NCBI GenBank assembly: GCA_017553325.1
Contig: JAFZMH010000004.1
Span: forward strand, 159,138-223,137
Length of the DNA: 64,000 nt
DNA from: Clostridia bacterium
GTDB lineage: Bacteria > Bacillota > Clostridia > Christensenellales > CAG-917
Reading direction: 5' to 3'
Shown piece by piece: positions 27,501 through 32,222 of this stretch. Positions within the stretch are counted from its first letter, which is position 1, and each line of letters starts with the position of its first letter. The notes below the pieces were generated by a model. The model searched no databases and was not told where the DNA came from. It was given only the letters and a program-made list of their open reading frames with translations. The position numbers and the translations under genes were made by a program.

Positions 27501-30180
27501 CGTAGAATGTGAAAGTGTTGCCGGACAAACTCTTGCCGTTTTGCAGAGTCACCGACATATCGACGCTTTCGTTGAACCAAGTGTTGTTCTTCTCAACGCC
27601 TATCGTCTTGCAAAGGTTGCTCGTTTCAAGCAAGACGTAATCCTCGTCTATCTTGACGTAGAAAGTTCTATTCGCGGCGGGCAGACTCGTATCTTCCATC
27701 AACTTGAAGTAATCTGGAACCGCTCCGAGAAGGTTGTGACTGTTGTCGCACAAATTGCTTGCGTCGACCTTGACGTAGACGCCTTCGTGCTTGATCCAGC
27801 GCGGGTTGGCGTTGTATTTGTTGACCTTGAAGGTCTTGCCTTCATAATAGTCCGCTTTCCACTCGGCATCTCCGACCTGTCTGTGCGTCAAAGGTCTGTA
27901 TATCTTGTCTACGGTCAGCAAGACGTAATCGTCCTCTCCTTCGCCGATCTTGACGTAGAAAGTCCTCATATTCTCAGGCAAACCGAGATTCGTTATCATC
28001 GGGACGTAGTTTGAAACAGAACCGAGCAAAGCCTTGTTGTTGTTGCAGAGAGTGGTCTTGTCGATTGGATAAAAACTGCCGCCGTATTTGAGCCAACGCG
28101 GATTTGCGTTGTATTTTTCAACCTTGTAAGAACCGTCGTAATAGTCTGTTTGCCAATCGCCGTCGCCGATAAATTCGTACGACTGGAACCCGACGTCAAA
28201 CGTCGGTGACTCATAATCGGTTTTTACGTAATAGGTCGTGGGAGTCGCGTTGAAATTGCCCGCGAAATCAAGGGCAAAGAAAGTGAAACGATAATAGCCT
28301 ACGCCCGTGGCGTTGACCAAACTGTTCCCCACCGTATCCGCGACGCCGGACGCCTTGCCGGTGTTGAAATTGTACTCGAACATCATCAACGACTTGGAGC
28401 CGAACGGTTGTAGGTTCGAATCTTTCAAAGCATTGTAATCTGCATAAGTGCGTGCGGCGGGGAAAGTGATTTCACCTGTTGACGGATTGATTGTCGCCTT
28501 GTCGACTCTGTAGAACCAAAGAGAAGGCGCGCCGTTATCCGTCTGATAAGCGGTGGAAACGCTGAATATTGATTGTCTCCACCAATTTACGGCGCCGAGA
28601 CCGTCGACCGTCGTCGAGACGTAGTCGCTGTCAAGACCGAATTGTTCCGGAGGCGTCGTGTCGATACCGCCGAACCTGATTGTGGTTGCCGTGGACTTGG
28701 AGCCGTAATCGTAGACCGTGGTCTTTACGTTTGCGTTGGCATAAATATAGCATTCGACACGGACTCTGACGCGACTGACGCGATAAACGCGCGCATAGCC
28801 GACGGCTTCGCCGCTGACGATAATCTGTTGATAATCGGAATATTGACCAATACTAATATCATAAACGTTGAACGTTGCGCCCGTCGTATCGGTGATTGTG
28901 CCGACCTCGACTTTCTTTATACCCGACGCATATCTCTTGTTTGTATCTCCGTCTTTCCAGGTTATCGCTGCATTCGGATTTGAGGCAGAGCCGTTGTATG
29001 TGTTTATAAGCTTGTCGCCGAGGCCCATGACCTTTTTGGACACTTCGACGTTGTCCGCATTGAGCGCGCCGAGTCCTCCGCTCTGCGAATAGTCATACGA
29101 GTCGACAAACTCGACCACCGACTTTTTGTAATAATTATGACCGTTCGCTTGTCCAAGCGGAGTATTGGTGTATGACAGCATCTTTCCTGCGCCATAGCTG
29201 ACGCTGTCGATTGCCGAAGTGAGTTTTGATTTGATGGAGTCGTACCATACCGGCCAGGTGGTTGTCGGTGATTGTACGTACGGACTCGCAGTCGACGTGT
29301 TGTACGGTTGATACTGATCGGTGATGCCCGTTTGCCATCTGCTTGCAACGACAGGGGACGCACCGTCCTTTATTACGGTATTTGCATTGTCTGCCGGCAA
29401 AGAAGACGCCATCGTGACGTTGAAATAAAATTTGATGTTTGAAACGCTCACCGTGCTCTTTCGTGCGCCAATAAAAAGTTCTGTTTGTCCCTTACTACTA
29501 CACGTAGCAAAAACTATATAGTTGTTACCTGCCGTTAATGTAATTTTGTTTCCGCTACTGTTCTTATAAACATCGCTGCTTGGCACGTTTGAAGCGGAAG
29601 AAGCGGACTCAATACTCGCGCTTTGCTTTATGCCGTAAAAATTTGAGAAATTGCTATCAGATTCACTGACAGATGCCGTGCAATACACGGTGACGGTGAC
29701 GTGCGAACTTGCGATAAGGTCCGACAAGAATTGCGGCACTTGATAGTTCACGTATGCGAATTGCGAACACGCCACATACCTTCCTGTCTGCGTTGCCCAA
29801 CCAAAAGTTCCTGTCCCGGCAGAATAAGTATAATCTGCATCGTCATCCTCTTTTGAGTTGTTCATACTGACGTTTCCACCTTGAGCAGTTATGGAAAACG
29901 CTACAGAACTGAAATCTTCCGTATAAGACCAACTTGTCGTCCCTGAATCATTGCCGGGGAAGCCTGCGGACGCCATATCCTTTGCCGTAAAAGTGCTGGG
30001 GAGCAAATCGGTTCCGCCCATGTGCCCCGTTTTGGCAGCATACGCCGTTTCACCGCCAAGTCCGATTTGCGCAAGCGAATAGGTCATGGCAAATGCAAAG
30101 ACAAAACACACCGAGAGCAACACGACAAGCGCGACGCTCTTTGTGAAGTTTCTTCTCGAGCTATAATTGTTTGTTCTCAT
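18535..30180 (-). CDS. Giant (3,881-aa) tail-anchored cell-surface repeat protein, MBG-like/Ig-like repeat adhesin
   Basis: Uninterrupted 11.6-kb ORF. I moved the start to ATG 30180 (MRTNNYSSRRNFTKSVALVVLLSVCFVFAFAMTYSLAQ: basic n-region plus hydrophobic core, SD GGAAGGTGG), not the ORF-track ATG at 30285. The body is beta-rich and Thr/Asn/Tyr/Val-rich. It has many repeats carrying '..K.YDGT..' (e.g. HDKVYDGTRNATATI, IEKQYDGTSTISI, EERDYDGTTSLVV) or '..K.YG...P' (KSKAYGAADSVYG, YEKEYGADTPHVNL, SSIYGDAPVLDY) signatures. I associate these with MBG-type adhesin domains. The C-terminus is one TM helix (LAVWTGAGIAGGIVLVVAVTGLYIG) plus a basic tail LKKRRLKKEILD. There is no LPXTG. Confidence 0.85.
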   Translation of the reverse strand: MRTNNYSSRRNFTKSVALVVLLSVCFVFAFAMTYSLAQIGLGGETAYAAKTGHMGGTDLLPSTFTAKDMASAGFPGNDSGTTSWSYTEDFSSVAFSITAQGGNVSMNNSKEDDDADYTYSAGTGTFGWATQTGRYVACSQFAYVNYQVPQFLSDLIASSHVTVTVYCTASVSESDSNFSNFYGIKQSASIESASSASNVPSSDVYKNSSGNKITLTAGNNYIVFATCSSKGQTELFIGARKSTVSVSNIKFYFNVTMASSLPADNANTVIKDGASPVVASRWQTGITDQYQPYNTSTASPYVQSPTTTWPVWYDSIKSKLTSAIDSVSYGAGKMLSYTNTPLGQANGHNYYKKSVVEFVDSYDYSQSGGLGALNADNVEVSKKVMGLGDKLINTYNGSASNPNAAITWKDGDTNKRYASGIKKVEVGTITDTTGATFNVYDISIGQYSDYQQIIVSGEAVGYARVYRVSRVRVRVECYIYANANVKTTVYDYGSKSTATTIRFGGIDTTPPEQFGLDSDYVSTTVDGLGAVNWWRQSIFSVSTAYQTDNGAPSLWFYRVDKATINPSTGEITFPAARTYADYNALKDSNLQPFGSKSLMMFEYNFNTGKASGVADTVGNSLVNATGVGYYRFTFFALDFAGNFNATPTTYYVKTDYESPTFDVGFQSYEFIGDGDWQTDYYDGSYKVEKYNANPRWLKYGGSFYPIDKTTLCNNNKALLGSVSNYVPMITNLGLPENMRTFYVKIGEGEDDYVLLTVDKIYRPLTHRQVGDAEWKADYYEGKTFKVNKYNANPRWIKHEGVYVKVDASNLCDNSHNLLGAVPDYFKLMEDTSLPAANRTFYVKIDEDYVLLETSNLCKTIGVEKNNTWFNESVDMSVTLQNGKSLSGNTFTFYDADGVMYGIVFNRDYITHTIVDETITPTEAETSWVLFENFKTGLDKINVKIAYNSDGSKLTLTFPDMADANGQYPNIDWSTSFKMYAGVNYEADGSVFATDGWKGGIRFLLDKNDPETPTLHKAEDSDNYLKDGVNGYSMSIPEVGRKWFTDTGLLLNVKLSFNEALLDTYSSGIKVYIGVKKISNAADFTALNNFVKNGHYKSIEEADYATVLKRDYFDDYSYFDGSKLESGDDNEKSIRLLSTLGPGMRVIYVWSIDQAGNYSPTVQQYYVLADDYTYTIESAVVANTNLTSSAVTITQTNEEGDVVNTFKRGDVVTLALSMQSDNAPYKFYRVDGGDNVRETLLVNYSPAYAWETNVGFENFVLLDNARQRINLTVDANSVGLLDTVNSGLSTKKLIYRISRRQVITYTASYSARYNGGPVAVTMNTLDKATELNTFVFKYLNEDGTLVAGDGRAPTNPGVYKVAIYVPYDDANFVLDNNSNAYLPGTMGYYKDNSGIYQCVEGVFSEIAPGDLEGFEGQRYSQAEFFKFNSGAYVLKNGVFTLATNSDAGQRYAFVQEGPAYCADNSGIYQYAEGVFTIIPEGERAGFEGQKYSLIGATVKFYETASGEFKLDANGNYIKLGAENYNGKKYSALREESEHQLVAYNTFTILKGLVTISAKISSSIYGDAPVLDYTVSGLGDAVAGHTAIQNAGFELKLQTSETGTLNVGEYQIVVKTNATGASLENYEITYISAIHTIHKKTVKISIVGAVKYFGDDDPDAKFSVDLSEFISAEELLNFFQPGFGSPASVVGNVYTFIASDAIYRSNTLETVGIYEYSVDSTRFDVGQNYQLTVTNEGEATLVINKREVTLYVSGQSLVKKDSEGFNPAVDYELIVPTYTLAQNDAKIANLISGQLELGSEYVDLELADNTEDYKYRYQYTITIGNIANANINFTLSDDKAFIVYVVEGAVVIRLKDGASISAVYGEQWNSATSIPYSDEYFTGLPALDEGQEYVVEWSTVIAGHSDGDYLNVGSYLVRTVVTSVTVKEGENTVDTLSKVYVDSFNLTVTPAVIVVRPTRAVKSKAYGAADSVYGIGYSIVSIDGKTVGTEPGQITTFANMNIANDILTTISGSYARGLYLENGTLVSLGTRGDFAADANGVLYSDENKYYGYAVSKAFASSNLNFTVNSDLDETDAAVRFEITKKTIKVDPSMFVGISRKVDGTNVARYANDAQIADIMNQLVFSADDVKVWFTTAYYTSVDNGIADAEAGVKTITFTGLFLKGDKKWNYELIVVNGKDQPAENVTISYLVNDDPLNQTVIRIVTGSVTINQVDVSIEKQYDGTSTISINDVRIARNENNSMLVECLESGNATLQAGSFGGATAVSKYTINIDIAFKFDSPNDIDISEQADSNAVFEKKEDMIVLHLKNIINAQIVPKVIDSSSFESIEAVARDYNATDDVEVAFTLKDGVILEGEDPEITISATISDGSNGKGWHRISFSAFDIVGNDKDNYTVDIDEINTAYPQTEVKINPAQLIPNVKFEERDYDGTTSLVVASTRDKTAHAFTTLNYASDLSAELAKITMGGGVEYKLSKYGLANANVLVDADGNAIAHDVLVTNLSVSVSGELPLPSLDNYVIYGYNYDANEPNESLRYKKVTETPSNNVSAYELLSEVLISKKVINIKTNDITVHDKVYDGTRNATATIKVVGHEDIIDADEQYISITATGLFDQKYASESPINVSLNDVTLTVADSAKNYLMDNYLLSGASDVNIQKRIYARPVTFSVDLGSRTYNGEEAVSSNVISYTIGTKVYDGEGKLIEVKWGELEKEKNTYGIQTTGGAYFIDKNVEFVADANGKFKAEFVKSESGLYKNTGDEENPVYVKLTVAETSTYPANQRYALYYRALTETELTTYNKQRYGIGAKAGTVYNPVIKNTKSAYTNYVLTYTVDKSGYDGVTPFRAVALDDGTIYYAADPRLSDPAVEARITTYFFDLKEAAKYIYADNAALLETEKNNIVGFYKVGDRDAYLVLDSAGSCDGTLDAAVTYSNDAEGMIRQLAAVINHVEAKDGSTAFSKQFDGSTKFYGEVGTDFTFNDSSIGIADDDLRVEGIFAEFESAEVGSTYVSVRAERLGGLDANNYTYGVSRSERISATIEKRTITATLNDDTMVYGTNLSSVKGNVTYKLGGYDLEITDKGVMIKYTQFLKLVGLVANVGDNVSKDDLNYLKYLIGGKLSNGTEYASRLHLKAQDGTFGDSVEYEEANFANYYVRIGILGRTFIAPKAVAEFATSRPTAGTVAGNPSFEYTRYYLTGGESTNYDFDFIYTGTNYEGSPSSKLEVIKKDMYVVAAVKDYEKEYGADTPHVNLNYYDANGNEGRASGETVDSIFGENVPKYWFSLYTDAQSFDGSPILLTAKVNSDPSFAGDYVLVIQGVQGFVPTNYNVHYGTVERVEVAGGYEFKYSFDGTTFTATAPTLTIKMPTLSGVGMASKDGEEYTVTYNAKDQTEAVFAGGKAGDRYEFYNTSGNKVNVRDAGTYEGTFILVRKIDASYVDEQGNAIEDNNGYEFRWSTKTDGGQESVKLVINKASSGLSAPDDSVRYDGKAHEYNIAKITISDELRSDPDYFSATYKKKVEGNYEPVTEMKDAGVYEVTLNYDPHDDNYESGKKIVYFSIIKASVVVAITYTERQLYEDGKGYEVNYSITSVAPSKDAEQRPLNLLSEDDLMVQFLVNGKSMFTYNDGKISSVDSKVVKMVNGKFVFGNSGRYPFQIVLKDASLKDNFDITQTEIISGKETSTTATGTLQLVVTSIGVKTSKIEATLDVKQTEGEAKKTLLADGFEARYVTKNNQSSAEDDAYYAAIDSAFMPAIEAELNTSVTISAIIRMNLTLGGQRINLDEGMTTTVSVELSPEILDSLDSTIIYRTAFNSNGTTRLEKLENYTITEDGMLVYDTDSLGSIVFVKAGRETPMLAVWTGAGIAGGIVLVVAVTGLYIGLKKRRLKKEILD

Positions 30181-30248
30181 AATCCACCTTCCGTACGGTA
30201 TTTCTATCGTCGCCGAGGTGGCAACTCCATCAATACGGTACTTCTTTT

Positions 30249-30270
30249 TGCGCGTGTGTATATACACGCA
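30249..30270 (-). promoter_or_regulatory. 22-nt alternating pyrimidine/purine tract and palindrome in the 5' leader of the giant gene
   Basis: The plus strand reads TGCGCGTGTGTATATACACGCA. The core GTGTATATACAC (30256-30267) is a perfect palindrome. As RNA (minus strand), GCGUGU-AUAUAC-ACACGC can form a 6-bp hairpin about 10-30 nt after the predicted transcription start. Confidence 0.4.
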
Positions 30271-30287
30271 GAATTTTATACACAATT

Positions 30288-30316
30288 ATTTTACGCTATA
30301 AAAAACAATATGTCAA
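30288..30316 (-). promoter_or_regulatory. Candidate sigma-A promoter of the giant surface-protein gene
   Basis: The minus strand reads TTGACA-TATTGTTTTTTATAGCG(17)-TAAAAT, about 108 nt upstream of ATG 30180. Confidence 0.55.
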
Positions 30317-30398
30317 TAGCAAATTCTCAACATTTTTCCTTCCAAAAATTGAAAATTCGGTTTCGTGCGCTTCGCACGCGCGCAAATTATCGTGTATA

Positions 30399-30431
30399 AC
30401 AAAAAAACCGCGTATCTAACGCGGTTTTTTT
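30399..30431 (-). terminator. Rho-independent (bidirectional-looking) terminator after the DUF4364-like gene
   Basis: AACCGCG-TATCTAA-CGCGGTT is flanked by A7 on one side and T7 on the other. It lies 15 nt downstream of the stop at 30446. Confidence 0.8.
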
Positions 30432-30445
30432 ACTGCCGATTTTCC

Positions 30446-30988
30446 TTATTCCAACAACGTGTCGTGGATGAGCGAATACGCCGTCGAGGCTTTGTCCACC
30501 CAAGACTTATAAAGATACTTGGCAAGCTGGCGGTTTGCAACCACCAATTTGAGTTCCATAATAGTCGCGATGTCGTTGTTGATACGCATGATGACGGTGT
30601 AGGTGCCGTCCGCGTTTTTGGAGTAGTCGCAAAAATACGCCTGACGTTTTTTGAAGCGCATACGGTTTTCCCTTGCGTACTGCACGATGTCTTCTCTTAT
30701 GGACGCTGGAATCCTCGTGACGAACAGAGCAAGACAACTTATGCCGTCCTGCGTGATGTTGAGCATATCGCCCTTTGGCACGCGGTAGATGAGATTCGTC
30801 TCGATGAGCTCGGCAAGATACTGCTTGCACTCCATATACGTGAGCCACGCATTGTCCGACGAGCAGATGTCAAGGAGCGTCGCCTCAGAGAGCGGAATTG
30901 CCATTTTGTCGAATACGAAAAGAATGACAAGTTTTTGCACCTTGCTGTCAAGCGGGTTATTGAGAAATGATTCTTGTTCGTATTCCAT
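30446..30988 (-). CDS. DUF4364-like, PadR/winged-helix-type putative transcriptional regulator
   Basis: 180 aa. The N-terminal segment KVQKLVILFVFDKMAIPLSEATLLDICSSDNAWLTYMECKQYLAELIETNLIY has the layout I recall for DUF4364 proteins (a wHTH whose recognition region is followed by 'L.EL......L'). The family assignment is from memory only. No SD precedes the ATG. Confidence 0.5.
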   Translation of the reverse strand: MEYEQESFLNNPLDSKVQKLVILFVFDKMAIPLSEATLLDICSSDNAWLTYMECKQYLAELIETNLIYRVPKGDMLNITQDGISCLALFVTRIPASIREDIVQYARENRMRFKKRQAYFCDYSKNADGTYTVIMRINNDIATIMELKLVVANRQLAKYLYKSWVDKASTAYSLIHDTLLE

Positions 30989-30992
30989 AATT

Positions 30993-31016
30993 TTGCTTGT
31001 CTATGCAGTTCGACCA
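30993..31016. repeat. 24-nt direct repeat, copy A (abuts the DUF4364-like start codon)
   Basis: TTTGCTTGTCTATGCAGTTCGACC is identical to copy B at 31158-31181 (165-nt offset). It lies 5-28 nt upstream of the ATG at 30988 on the minus strand. Confidence 0.9.
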
Positions 31017-31157
31017 ATTCTGGCCAAACTGCGATGTTCAACCAAAATTATGTCATTCTACCGCGCAAATGATTGTTTGCTAAACCGTTTTGCAAAGTTG
31101 TTTGCCTGCAAGTATTTCGCGACAATCCTTTGCTTGGTGTGTGGCTTGCGCCACGGG

Positions 31158-31181
31158 TTTGCTTGTCTATGCAGTTCGACC
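31158..31181. repeat. 24-nt direct repeat, copy B
   Basis: Exact copy of 30993-31016. A 10-of-11 inverted match (GTCGAACTACA, 31269-31279) lies 88 nt further on. Confidence 0.9.
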
Positions 31182-31422
31182 TTTTTGCAACTATAAAACG
31201 ATAATCTCTCCCAAAAGAAAATATTACAGCACAAAAACTTCTTTTTCAAGAGAAAATTGTATTTTTTTGTCGAACTACAATTTGTTGTGATTTTTCTTTG
31301 CCACGACAACTATTTTCAATAGTTTTCGCCGAGTAAATCTTACAATCACTCATGATGAAGAAACATAATCTTCAACGCCTCGGTTTTGATTAGACGCAAG
31401 GAAACGACTTTTTGTGACGGAG

Positions 31423-31781
31423 GAGCGTACTTACCGTACGCAACCGGCAAGCACATGCAAATCTGACAAAGTTATTCGCCAAGCTGGGCAATTTTTGAAT
31501 TCCTAACGTACAGAATCACACAACCGCTCAGGTTGGATGAAGAACGAGGAAGATGCGCACGAGAGCCACGAGCGTACTTGTCGTACGTGACGGCGAGCGC
31601 ACGTAAATCTGACAAAGTTATTCGCCAAGCTGGGCAATTTTTGAATTCCCAACGTACAGAATCACACAACCGTTCAGGTTGGATGAAGAACGAGGAAGAT
31701 GCGCACGAGAGCCACGAGCGTACTTGTCGTACGTGACGGCGAGCGCACGTAAATCTGACAAAGTTATTCGCCAAGCTGGGC
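31423..31781. repeat. 146-bp tandem array: two full units, one degenerate 48-nt partial, and a 19-nt partial that is the 3' end of aroQ
   Basis: Units 31471-31616 and 31617-31762 differ at 2 of 146 positions by my alignment. Each unit begins with GTTATTCGCCAAGCTGGGC, which is also 31763-31781, the last five codons plus stop of aroQ (AQLGE*) on the minus strand. 31423-31470 is a roughly 80%-identical copy of the last 47 nt of the unit. Confidence 0.9.
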
Positions 31782-32210
31782 GGTTGTGAAATAGGCGAGC
31801 GCTTCGCGATACCCCTCAAACCCCTTGCCGCAAATAACTTTTTCTGCGTAAAGCGAGATGTAGGAGTGTTTTCTAAACTCCTCGCGCTCGTTTATGTCGG
31901 TGAGATGCACCTCGACCGTCGGCTTGCCCACGGCTTTCAACGCGTCCAAAATCGCGATGCTGGTGTGGGTGTACGCGCCGGCGTTTATGACTATGCCGTC
32001 ATAGCCCTTCCAATACGCGCCGTGAATAAGTTGGCAGATCTCGCCTTCCTTGTCAGACTGGAAGACCGTCACCTTGAGCCCGTATTGCTTCCCCCAAAAT
32101 TTGATGAACTTTTCAAGGTCGCTATACGTCTGATTTCCGTACAGTTCCGGCTCGCGTATGCCGAGCATTCCCAGGTTCACACCGTTTATCACCAATATCT
32201 TCTTTTCCAT
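31764..32210 (-). CDS. aroQ: 3-dehydroquinate dehydratase, type II
   Basis: 148 aa with ILVINGVNLGMLGIREPELYG, IVINAGAYTHTSIAILDA and EVHLTDINEREEFRKHSY, the type II DHQase signature blocks. Confidence 0.92.
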   Translation of the reverse strand: MEKKILVINGVNLGMLGIREPELYGNQTYSDLEKFIKFWGKQYGLKVTVFQSDKEGEICQLIHGAYWKGYDGIVINAGAYTHTSIAILDALKAVGKPTVEVHLTDINEREEFRKHSYISLYAEKVICGKGFEGYREALAYFTTAQLGE

Positions 32211-32222
32211 ATTCTAACCGCC

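Noticed and set aside
30181-30285. 35-codon N-terminal extension of the giant ORF as given in the ORF track (MCIKFCVYIHTRKKKYRIDG...).
   Set aside because: It has no SD, would bury the signal peptide internally, and overlaps the predicted 5' leader and palindrome. ATG 30180 has GGAAGGTGG at the proper spacing.
30993-31181. 24-nt exact repeats, considered as a miniature CRISPR array.
   Set aside because: Only two copies are present, the spacing of 141 nt is far outside spacer lengths, the repeat has no internal dyad symmetry, and no cas genes occur in 64 kb.
31537-31736. Duplicated 17-codon plus-strand ORFs (MKNEEDAHESHERTCRT), considered as tandem small peptide, RiPP precursor or toxin genes.
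   Set aside because: There is no SD at a proper distance (AGGTTGG abuts the ATG) and no promoter. The peptide is hydrophilic, so it is not type I toxin-like. No modification or export genes lie nearby. This remains a remote possibility, mentioned under the repeat finding.
31423-31781. A repeat that copies a gene's 3' end, considered as a diversity-generating retroelement (TR/VR pair).
   Set aside because: No reverse transcriptase or accessory gene is in the window. Only 19 nt of coding sequence are copied. The two inter-unit differences are T/C transitions rather than adenine-specific substitutions.
31472-31819. 115-aa minus-strand ORF running through the tandem repeats, and the 67-aa plus-strand ORF at 31533-31736.
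   Set aside because: Both exist only because the 146-bp unit is repeated. The period is not a multiple of 3, the products are Arg/Ser/Cys-rich, and one overlaps the genuine aroQ 3' end out of frame.
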